Positions 37,943 to 46,134 of a stretch of 63,167 nucleotides of DNA are shown here, in pieces (position 1 is the first letter of the stretch; each line of letters starts with the position of its first letter). The position numbers and the translations under genes were made by a program. A model generated the notes under the pieces. That model was not told where the DNA came from. It saw only the letters and a program-made list of their open reading frames with translations, and searched no databases. Source of the DNA: Candidatus Omnitrophota bacterium (GTDB lineage: Bacteria; Omnitrophota; Gorgyraeia; Zapsychrales; Zapsychraceae). Location of the stretch: contig JADFYE010000013.1 of NCBI GenBank assembly GCA_015233195.1, positions 1 to 63,167 of the forward strand. Direction: 5' to 3'.

Positions 37943-39872
37943 AGTTTTTTCCGCGTTCATACGTTGTCTGCCATTTTCTATTGCTTTATTTATCGGGCGG
38001 ATGCTAGGAAGTTTGGCGTTTATTTTCAACCCGAAATTACGCAGAAAATGTTACTACAATTTAAAACAGGCTTTTGCTGAAACTAAAAGTCCTGAAGAAT
38101 TGCGTCGGATGGTTAAACAATTTTTTATTCAGTTTGGTCAGAATATAATTGATTTTATGCGCCTGCCTTTATTGACAAAAGAGAATCGTGATCAATTAGC
38201 TGCGGTTGAAGGTATTGAGTATGCCTGTAGTGCTTTAGCTAAAGGTAAAGGTTTGATTTTTTTTGCGATGCATTTTGGTAATTGGGAAATGGCAAGTGTA
38301 TTAGGCGGATTACTGGGATTTCCTTATAAGATAATGGTTAATCCGCATCCGCGGTTTCCTAAATTAGATGCGCTTTTAAATGAATATCGGTTAAGAAGCG
38401 GATCTGTGGCGCTATCTACTGGTATGGGACCGCGGGAGTTCATAAAAGTTCTTAAGAATAATGAAACCATGGGGATTGTTATTGATCAGGGAGGTAAAGA
38501 CGGAGTTCGGGTGCCTTTTTTTGGGAGAACAGCGTCTATGTCAATCGGAGGATTACGTTTGGCGCTCAAGTATGATGCTTCGGTATGTCAGGTTTCGACT
38601 TTTAGAATGCCGAATGGTCGCAATTGTTTAAAGATCATGCCGGAAATGAAGTTAATAAAAACTGGAGATATTGATAATGATATCAGAATGAATTTGATTG
38701 AGTGTATAAAAGTGATGGAACAAGAGATTCTTGAATATCCGCACACATATTTGTGGACGTATAAGGTATGGAAACATTCTGATCAAGCTAATATTGTTAT
38801 TGTTTCGGATGGGAAGGCAGGTCATGAACGACAATCTCAGGCTGTAGCAAAAATATTGCAGGGGGTTTTGAAAAACCGGAAGATTGAGGCTGCAGTTGAA
38901 AAATGTTTGGTTGAATATAAAAGTGTGACGCATGCGCAGATAGCCTCAATAGTTTTACCGGCGGTGAGTAGATTTTTAAAGGAAGGACATCTTACTTTTT
39001 TAAAAATATTTTTAACTAAAAAATCTTATGCTGACCTTATGAAAATTAAATGTGATTACGTTATTTCCTGCGGATCGTCCATGGCTGGCATAAATTATGT
39101 TTTAGGAGAGGAAACAGGTTCTAAGCGCATAGTAATTCAGAAACCCGGAAATTTTTCGTATAAACGATTTAGTGCTTTGATTTTACCTCAACATGATAAG
39201 AAAAATGATAAAGAATATCAGAATGTAATTTTTACTAAAGGGTCGCCGAATTTAATAACGCCTGAGTATTTGAAAGATATGGGTCATAAATTAGTCCAAC
39301 GTTATCCGATGGTAAAAAAAGACTCGCATTTAAAAATAGGAGTTTTAATCGGTGGTGATGCTAAAAATATGTTTATTGCAAAAGAACAGATAAGGGTTTT
39401 AATGCATCAATTAAAAGCTTTTGCTGCTGAATTCAGCATGCGGCTTCTGGTTACTACTTCTCGACGGACTTCAGTAGAAGTAGAACATATTTTAACTAAA
39501 GAATTATCCAATGATCCATTGTGTGCAATGTTAGTTATCGCAAATCGTAATAATTTTGCAGAAGCTGTAGGCGGGATTTTAGGCGAATCTGATTTTTTGG
39601 TGGTTTCGGGCGATAGTATTTCCATGGTATCTGAGGCTTTGTCATCTGGAAAGCCTACAGTAGTTTTTAAACCGGAATTTAGGAGGACAATTTTAAAACA
39701 GAAATTTAAACATGAAATTTTTGTGGATCAATTAAATGATCAGGGTTTTGTATTTGTTACTGAGGAAAAAAATATTGGTGAAGTATTAGGTCAAATGGCT
39801 AAGAAAAAAATTCAGGCGAGGGTGATGGATGATGAAGTTAATATTATAAAAGCATTGGAAAGAATATTATAA
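37911..39872 (+). CDS. Fusion: lipid A late acyltransferase (LpxL/HtrB family) + ELM1/DUF1022-like putative glycosyltransferase domain
   Basis: N-terminal half: CLPFSIALFIGRMLGSLAFIFNPKLRRKCYYNLKQAF and FAMHFGNWE (HX4-type acyltransferase box). C-terminal half: IVIVSDGKAGHERQSQAVAKIL, VLIGGDAKN, VTTSRRTS, VSGDSISMVSEALSSGKP (ELM1-family motifs). Probable TTG start overlapping lpxK by 32 nt. Confidence 0.8.
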   Translation: MLESILCLFIRVFSAFIRCLPFSIALFIGRMLGSLAFIFNPKLRRKCYYNLKQAFAETKSPEELRRMVKQFFIQFGQNIIDFMRLPLLTKENRDQLAAVEGIEYACSALAKGKGLIFFAMHFGNWEMASVLGGLLGFPYKIMVNPHPRFPKLDALLNEYRLRSGSVALSTGMGPREFIKVLKNNETMGIVIDQGGKDGVRVPFFGRTASMSIGGLRLALKYDASVCQVSTFRMPNGRNCLKIMPEMKLIKTGDIDNDIRMNLIECIKVMEQEILEYPHTYLWTYKVWKHSDQANIVIVSDGKAGHERQSQAVAKILQGVLKNRKIEAAVEKCLVEYKSVTHAQIASIVLPAVSRFLKEGHLTFLKIFLTKKSYADLMKIKCDYVISCGSSMAGINYVLGEETGSKRIVIQKPGNFSYKRFSALILPQHDKKNDKEYQNVIFTKGSPNLITPEYLKDMGHKLVQRYPMVKKDSHLKIGVLIGGDAKNMFIAKEQIRVLMHQLKAFAAEFSMRLLVTTSRRTSVEVEHILTKELSNDPLCAMLVIANRNNFAEAVGGILGESDFLVVSGDSISMVSEALSSGKPTVVFKPEFRRTILKQKFKHEIFVDQLNDQGFVFVTEEKNIGEVLGQMAKKKIQARVMDDEVNIIKALERIL

Positions 39873-39875
39873 AAC

Positions 39876-41975
39876 ATGAAAATTTTGCAGATACTTCCAG
39901 AGTTGAATGTAGGCGGCGTTGAGACCGGCACTGTTGATTTTGCTAAATATTTGGTAGAGCACGGACATAGTTCGGTAGTTATATCTAATGGAGGAGGGTT
40001 AGTAAAAAATTTAATTGATGGCGGCACCAAACATTATCAATTGCCAGTTCATTCCAAAAATTTGGCTACTGCAATTTTTATGATAAAAAAAGTGCGGCAG
40101 ATAATTTTAGACGAGAAAATTGATATTGTTCACGCTCGTTCCCGGGTGCCTGGATGGATAGCGTATTTTGCCGCTAAAAAAACTCCGGCAACATTTATAA
40201 CTACTTGTCATGGTTTTTATAAACATAAATGGTATAGCCGGATCATGGGATGGTCTAAATTAGTAATTGTGCCGAGCCGGGTTATAGGTCGCCATATGAT
40301 CGACACTTATAAGGTACCTGCGACGAATATTAGGTGTATTCCACGGAGTGTTGATCTGGATAGATTTTCAAAGTTCAAGCATGAAATAAAAATGAAGACT
40401 GATCCAGTTATAGCAATAGTCGGACGGTTAACTCCGATAAAAGGACACACATTTTTTATTAAGGCTATGGCAAAAGTGATTAGGGTTTATCCTTATGCGA
40501 AAATTCGCATTATCGGTGATGCTCCGGTTAATAAACAAGATTATAAAAATGAAGTTGCTTTGTTAGTTAAACGTTTGGGTATATCGTCAAACGTTGAATT
40601 TTTAGGTAACCGTCAGGATGTACCGGAATTATTGGCTGGGGTGGATGTCTTGGCTGTGCCGAGCATTACTCAGGAGTCGTTTGGTCGCACCATAATTGAA
40701 GCTCAGGCGGTTGGAGTTCCGGTGGTCGCAACTGAAGTTGGTGGGGTGGTCGATATTATCGAACATCAAAAGAATGGATGGCTGGTACCGCCCAAAGATG
40801 TTGATGCAATGGCAACTGCGGTATTACAGTTGTTGAAAGATCGAGAATTATGTGAACGGATGGTAGCTGAAGCACAAAAGAAAATTGATATTGAATATAC
40901 TTTAGAAAAAATGGCAACGCGCACTTTGGCGGTATATGAAGAAATATTAGGGATGAAAAATATTCTAGTCGTTAAATTTAGTTCAGTTGGGGATGTGGTA
41001 TTGATAACCGTAGCGTTAAAAAGTTTACGGCAGAAATTTCCTAAAGCTAAAATATTTTGTGTGGTGGGTAAAGAACATCTGGAAGTGCTGCAGGATTGCC
41101 CATATATTGACGATATAATCGTATATGACCGAAAGCTTAAACATCAAAAATTATGGAAGTTCGCGAAATTTTGTTGGGGGCTGCGTAAGCTGCAGTTAGA
41201 TATAGTAATTGATTTTCAAAATAATCATCGCAGTCATTGGTTGGCATTTTTAACTGATCCAAAAGAAAGTTACGGGTTTTGTAATCAAAAAGCCGGTAAG
41301 TTATTGACCAATGGTTTAAAAAATTATAGGGATGATATTCCTCCAGTTGAACATCAATTTCAAATATTGAAAATGCTGGGTATTGAGTACAGCGCGGATT
41401 TGCGTCTGGAATTATGGCCGTCGAAATATAATTATGAATATGTACAGGAATTATTGGATTCAGAGTGGTTGGGTACAACTAAAAATATCGTAGGTATAAA
41501 TCTCGCAGCGTCAGAAAAATGGAAGACTAAGAATTTACCGCTGAAACATGTAGCAGCTTTGAGTGATATATTGTCAACCAAAGGCATCAGAGTTATATTT
41601 ACCGGAATGGAAAAAGACGCGGCAATCGGACGGGAGATATCACGTTTGTGTTTAACTAAGCCGGCAAATTTTGCGGGTAAGACGGATATGATGCAATTAG
41701 CGGCTTTAATAAGCCGATGTGTAGCTTACGTTACACCAGATTCAGCGCCGTTGCATGTGGCAGCTGCTATGAATGTTCCGGTAGTCGCAGTTTTTGGTCC
41801 GACTAGTGATAAACGCCACGTTCCACCAGCTTCAAAAATTATAATATTGACCAAACAATTAGAATGTGCACCGTGTTACAGTCCGGAATGTTTGACGCGT
41901 AAACATGATTGCATGAACGCCATAACTCCGCAGGACATCGCAGACGCGATCTTTAAGATCATAGAGGGAAAATAA
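39876..41975 (+). CDS. Fusion: GT4 glycosyltransferase + GT9 (heptosyltransferase-family) glycosyltransferase
   Basis: The first roughly 365 aa are GT4 (LNVGGVETGTVDF; ESFGRTIIEAQAVGVPVVATEVGG). From the in-frame ATG 40953 the sequence is GT9 (MKNILVVKFSSVGDVV; DSAPLHVAAAMNVPVVAVFGPT). Confidence 0.85.
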   Translation: MKILQILPELNVGGVETGTVDFAKYLVEHGHSSVVISNGGGLVKNLIDGGTKHYQLPVHSKNLATAIFMIKKVRQIILDEKIDIVHARSRVPGWIAYFAAKKTPATFITTCHGFYKHKWYSRIMGWSKLVIVPSRVIGRHMIDTYKVPATNIRCIPRSVDLDRFSKFKHEIKMKTDPVIAIVGRLTPIKGHTFFIKAMAKVIRVYPYAKIRIIGDAPVNKQDYKNEVALLVKRLGISSNVEFLGNRQDVPELLAGVDVLAVPSITQESFGRTIIEAQAVGVPVVATEVGGVVDIIEHQKNGWLVPPKDVDAMATAVLQLLKDRELCERMVAEAQKKIDIEYTLEKMATRTLAVYEEILGMKNILVVKFSSVGDVVLITVALKSLRQKFPKAKIFCVVGKEHLEVLQDCPYIDDIIVYDRKLKHQKLWKFAKFCWGLRKLQLDIVIDFQNNHRSHWLAFLTDPKESYGFCNQKAGKLLTNGLKNYRDDIPPVEHQFQILKMLGIEYSADLRLELWPSKYNYEYVQELLDSEWLGTTKNIVGINLAASEKWKTKNLPLKHVAALSDILSTKGIRVIFTGMEKDAAIGREISRLCLTKPANFAGKTDMMQLAALISRCVAYVTPDSAPLHVAAAMNVPVVAVFGPTSDKRHVPPASKIIILTKQLECAPCYSPECLTRKHDCMNAITPQDIADAIFKIIEGK

Positions 41976-41976
41976 A

Positions 41977-43074
41977 TTGAATATTTTATTTTTGACCACA
42001 CATTTGAATACCGGCGGGATAACCAGTTATCTACTGATTTTGGGTAAAGGTCTGGTAAAAGACGGCAATAAAGTGGTGGTTTGTTCAAGCGGAGGAACAT
42101 TAGCTCCGAGTTTTACTGCTGCAGGAATTAAAGTCATTGATTTGGACATAAAGACTAAATCAATATTGAATCCTAAATTATTTTTTCTTTTGCCAAAATT
42201 AAAAGAAATCATAAAAAGTAATTCTATTGACGTTATTCACGCGCATACCCGGGTAACTCAATTTGTAAGTGAAATTTTGGCGCATCTGACGGGTGTGCCG
42301 TTAGTGACAACTTGTCACGGTTTTTTTAAACCGCGGTTTTTTAGGAGGCTGTTGCCGTGCTGGGGAAAGAAAGTTTTAGCGATAAGTCCGGCAGTATTTG
42401 ATCATTTACGCAGGGATTTTGGAGTATCGCCTAAAAAAATTGCATTGGTGCAGAGCGGGATAGATTTGACTGATTTTATTAATCTTGACGATCAATTTCG
42501 TGCTTTACGTCGTAAACAATTGAATGTTCCAGATAATATTGTTTTGTTAGGCGTTATTGCCAGATTGTCTGATGTAAAGGGGCAAGATATATTGATCAAG
42601 GCAATGCGTGAAGTGGTGTTGGCGTGTCCTAATTCTCGTCTGCTTTTGGCTGGTGAAGGTAAGATGGAACCGCAATTGCGTTCAATGGTCAAAGAATATC
42701 AATTGGAAGACCACATAATATTTTCGGCAGTTGTAAATAATACCGCGGATGTTTTATCCACTTTAGATATTTTGGTCGTACCTTCGAGAATGGAAGGTTT
42801 AGGATTATCAATACTTGAAGCGCAAGCAGCGGCAATTCCAGTCGTGGCTTCACGGGTCGGCGGGATAATAAGTCTGATCAAAGACCAGGAAACTGGTTTT
42901 TTGGCAGAGCCGGGCAACAGCCGTGACTTGGCTAAAGTGTTGATCAATGTTATTAAACGTGAAGATCGGGGTAAGTCAGTTGGTCTGGCAGGTCGGGATT
43001 TTGTAATCAAAGCGGATTTTTTGAATACCATGATAAAGAAAACAGAAGAAGTGTACGTAGAAGTAAAAAAATGA
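41977..43074 (+). CDS. GT4-family glycosyltransferase
   Basis: TTG start 1 nt after the previous stop. TTHLNTGGITSY, EGLGLSILEAQAAAIPVVASRVGG. Confidence 0.85.
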   Translation: MNILFLTTHLNTGGITSYLLILGKGLVKDGNKVVVCSSGGTLAPSFTAAGIKVIDLDIKTKSILNPKLFFLLPKLKEIIKSNSIDVIHAHTRVTQFVSEILAHLTGVPLVTTCHGFFKPRFFRRLLPCWGKKVLAISPAVFDHLRRDFGVSPKKIALVQSGIDLTDFINLDDQFRALRRKQLNVPDNIVLLGVIARLSDVKGQDILIKAMREVVLACPNSRLLLAGEGKMEPQLRSMVKEYQLEDHIIFSAVVNNTADVLSTLDILVVPSRMEGLGLSILEAQAAAIPVVASRVGGIISLIKDQETGFLAEPGNSRDLAKVLINVIKREDRGKSVGLAGRDFVIKADFLNTMIKKTEEVYVEVKK

Positions 43075-44087
43075 AAAATATTTTGGTGGTGAACGTTAAT
43101 TGGCTGGGTGATGTGATATTTTCTACGCCGGTATTCCGGGCTTTGAAAGAAAAATATCCGCAGGCTAAAATATCTTGCATGGCTGTACCTCGGGTATGTG
43201 AAGTATTGAGATATGTTCCATTCGTTGACGAGGTGATTGAGTTTGATGAAGATGGGATTAAATGGCGGGTATGGCAGTGGATAAATTTTATCGGTATTTT
43301 ACGGGCAAAAAAATTTGATGGTGTGTTTTTATTGCATGGGTCAAAGACCAGAGCAGTATTGGCTAAATTTGCTGGTATACCAGTCAGGGTTGGATATGAA
43401 CGTAAAGGCAGGGGTAGATATTTGACTCATGCGTTTGAACCATCCCCGAGCAACACGCACCGGTCAGATGTGTATTTGAATGTTATTCGTAAATTTGGTG
43501 TGGAAGTTAAAGATGGTCGGAACATGCTGACTGTTCCGCTCGAGGGAAAAATGCAAGTTTTGGGTTTGTTAAAAAATGCAGGCATTGATTCGGAAAAACC
43601 TTTTGTGGTTGTCCATGTTTGCGGGAATTGGGATCTTAAACTTTGGACAGAACATAATTTTACTTTATTAATCGAACGGTTAATGACTAAGTATGGGGCT
43701 CAAGTAGTGATTCCAGGAGGACAAAATGATTTGCCCAGGATAAATCGGATAATCGCGCCTTTGAAAATCAAGCCTGCAGTCTTGGCTGACAAAACAAATT
43801 TAAAAGAATTAATAGTTTTACTTTCAATGGCAGAAACAGTTATCTCATCGGATTCAGGACCTTTGCATGTGGCTAACAGTGTTGGAACCAAAGTTATTGG
43901 GATTTTTGGACCGACTCGTCCGGAGATAACTGGTCCGCGGGGAATAGGTAAATATATATGTCTGCAGCAGAATGTCGGCTGTAATATCAGTCCATGTTAC
44001 TTTTTAGATTGCAAAGATAATGTATGTGTTAAATCTATAAGCGTAGAGGATGTTTGTGAAGCCTTTGAACAAATCCGAAATAAGTAA
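43071..44087 (+). CDS. GT9-family glycosyltransferase (LPS heptosyltransferase-like)
   Basis: ATGA overlap. MKNILVVNVNWLGDVIF, DSGPLHVANSVGTKVIGIFGPT. Confidence 0.85.
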   Translation: MKNILVVNVNWLGDVIFSTPVFRALKEKYPQAKISCMAVPRVCEVLRYVPFVDEVIEFDEDGIKWRVWQWINFIGILRAKKFDGVFLLHGSKTRAVLAKFAGIPVRVGYERKGRGRYLTHAFEPSPSNTHRSDVYLNVIRKFGVEVKDGRNMLTVPLEGKMQVLGLLKNAGIDSEKPFVVVHVCGNWDLKLWTEHNFTLLIERLMTKYGAQVVIPGGQNDLPRINRIIAPLKIKPAVLADKTNLKELIVLLSMAETVISSDSGPLHVANSVGTKVIGIFGPTRPEITGPRGIGKYICLQQNVGCNISPCYFLDCKDNVCVKSISVEDVCEAFEQIRNK

Positions 44088-45060
44088 TATTTTGTTCATT
44101 ACCTTATCCAATATCGGTGATGTTATTTTGACTTTACCGGTTCTTGATGTGTTAGCTGCTGATTTTCCGAATGCGGATATTTCAGTTTTGGTTGGTCCTC
44201 GAGCTGAAAGTTTATTTAATGGTAATCCACGTATCGATAAATTGCACATCTATGATAAACATGCTCCAATTTGGGTAAAACTAAAATTATTGTGGAAACT
44301 GCGTAAGTCAAAGTTTGATTTAGTGGTTGATCTTAGGAATACTGCGATTCCATTTTTGATAAATGCTAAATATCGAACATTTGCTTTAACGGATAAAGAT
44401 CCTTGTCGTCACATGAAAGACAAACATCTTGATTTGCTCCGTACAGTTTATAAATTCGATAATGTTTTACGAGAACAAAAAGCTTTGTACGTTGAAGAAG
44501 GTGATGAAATATACGCCCAGAATTTGTTGCATCAAAATGTGAAGAATGATCGTTTTGTAGTTATAGCGCCTGGTGCAGCTGATCATCGTAAGCGTTGGCC
44601 TGCGGCTTATTATGCTCAATTGGCAGACCGGATAATTTTATCGTACGGTATTGCAGTGGTTTTTGTGGGGGATGAAAAAGATAAAGCAATAGCTGAAATG
44701 ATAATTCGGTCAATGGGTAATCATGGGGTTAATTTGTGCGGGCAGTTAACTTTACCCCAATTAGTGCACATTATGCGTCAAGCAGTGCTGGCAATTGGAA
44801 ATGATACTGGTCCCTTACATGTTGCCAGTTACTTGGATATTCCAGTATTAGCATTTTTTGGTCCTACGGAGCCGTTGCAGTATGGACCATGGAGTTCTAA
44901 TTGTTTATACATAAAAGCAAAAGATACTTGCGAGGCATGTGTTAAAAAAGATAATAAAATTGTACATACTTGTATGGAAAAACTCCGTCCGGTAAATGTG
45001 CTGGACGCGTTTGTGATCCAGGGACGAAGCGTAAAGTTTAAATTCAATGATAAATATTAA
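44050..45060 (+). CDS. GT9-family glycosyltransferase (LPS heptosyltransferase-like)
   Basis: ILFITLSNIGDVILTLP, DTGPLHVASYLDIPVLAFFGPT. Start uncertain (38-nt overlap with the previous gene). Confidence 0.82.
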   Translation: MFVKPLNKSEISNILFITLSNIGDVILTLPVLDVLAADFPNADISVLVGPRAESLFNGNPRIDKLHIYDKHAPIWVKLKLLWKLRKSKFDLVVDLRNTAIPFLINAKYRTFALTDKDPCRHMKDKHLDLLRTVYKFDNVLREQKALYVEEGDEIYAQNLLHQNVKNDRFVVIAPGAADHRKRWPAAYYAQLADRIILSYGIAVVFVGDEKDKAIAEMIIRSMGNHGVNLCGQLTLPQLVHIMRQAVLAIGNDTGPLHVASYLDIPVLAFFGPTEPLQYGPWSSNCLYIKAKDTCEACVKKDNKIVHTCMEKLRPVNVLDAFVIQGRSVKFKFNDKY

Positions 45061-46078
45061 AAATATTTTGGTGATCCGCACTGATCGGATAGGGGATGTG
45101 GTATTGACCACGCCTGCTATAAAGGCTTTGCGTACTGCTTACCCGTCAAGCAAAATTACTTTGTTAGTTGCTCCATTAACGTATCCGTTAGTTTGTAACA
45201 ATCCGGATGTTGATGAAGTGATGGTTGATGATAGGCGCGGTGAGCATAGCGGCTGGCTGGGATTTTTAAAATTGATAATGCAGATACGCAGACGCAAATT
45301 TGATGTTGTATTAGTTTTTCATACCAAACGCAGAACCAATGCTTTGGCATTTTTTGCTGGCATTACTTTACGTTGTGGGTATAAAGATAAAAATTGGGGT
45401 GGGTTGTTAAATTGTCCTGTAGTTGATACCCGTACGAATTGCCAGAAACATGAATATCAGTATTGTTTAGATGTTTTAAAATGTCTTGATATTTTTTCTG
45501 ATGAAAAACAATTAACTGTGTCGGTGGACGAACAGTCGGAAAAATGGGCGGAAATTTTTTTACAGAATAAGGCGGGTAAAGATCAGAAATTATTTTTATT
45601 TCATGTTGGGGCAAGTGATCCGGCACGGATGTGGCCTGAAGAACATCATGTTGTCTTATTAAAGATGTTAAAAAATTATTATTACTCTGTAGTTATATTG
45701 ATTGGGAATGAACAATTACGGGGTATAGCCGCTTCAATAAAACAAAAAGTTCCTGGTATGCTGGATCTTACTGGTAATACTTCCTTAAGCCAATTAGTTA
45801 GTTTGATTAAAAGGGCTGATCTGGTAGTATCCAATGATTCAGGACCCGCACATATTGCTGCAGCTTTTGATCGTCCGCTTGTTACCATATTCACGCGTAA
45901 TCAGCCTGGGATTAATCCTGAGCGTTGGCATCCATTAGGTTCACGATCTTTATTTATTGCGCCTCAAGTCGATAATTCAGTTTCTTTCTTAAAAGCCGGA
46001 ACACAAGGCTCATTTTTATCACATATTACTCCCGATAAAGTATTTTCGGCTATTCAAGAGCTGCAAGCACTGCATTGA
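45047..46078 (+). CDS. GT9-family glycosyltransferase (LPS heptosyltransferase-like)
   Basis: ILVIRTDRIGDVVLTTPAIKAL, DSGPAHIAAAFDRPLVTIF. Confidence 0.82.
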   Translation: MINIKNILVIRTDRIGDVVLTTPAIKALRTAYPSSKITLLVAPLTYPLVCNNPDVDEVMVDDRRGEHSGWLGFLKLIMQIRRRKFDVVLVFHTKRRTNALAFFAGITLRCGYKDKNWGGLLNCPVVDTRTNCQKHEYQYCLDVLKCLDIFSDEKQLTVSVDEQSEKWAEIFLQNKAGKDQKLFLFHVGASDPARMWPEEHHVVLLKMLKNYYYSVVILIGNEQLRGIAASIKQKVPGMLDLTGNTSLSQLVSLIKRADLVVSNDSGPAHIAAAFDRPLVTIFTRNQPGINPERWHPLGSRSLFIAPQVDNSVSFLKAGTQGSFLSHITPDKVFSAIQELQALH

Positions 46079-46134
46079 TCAATCTTGCCTTATAGATGTT
46101 TATGTTTTATATTTGCAGGACTAATATTAATATT

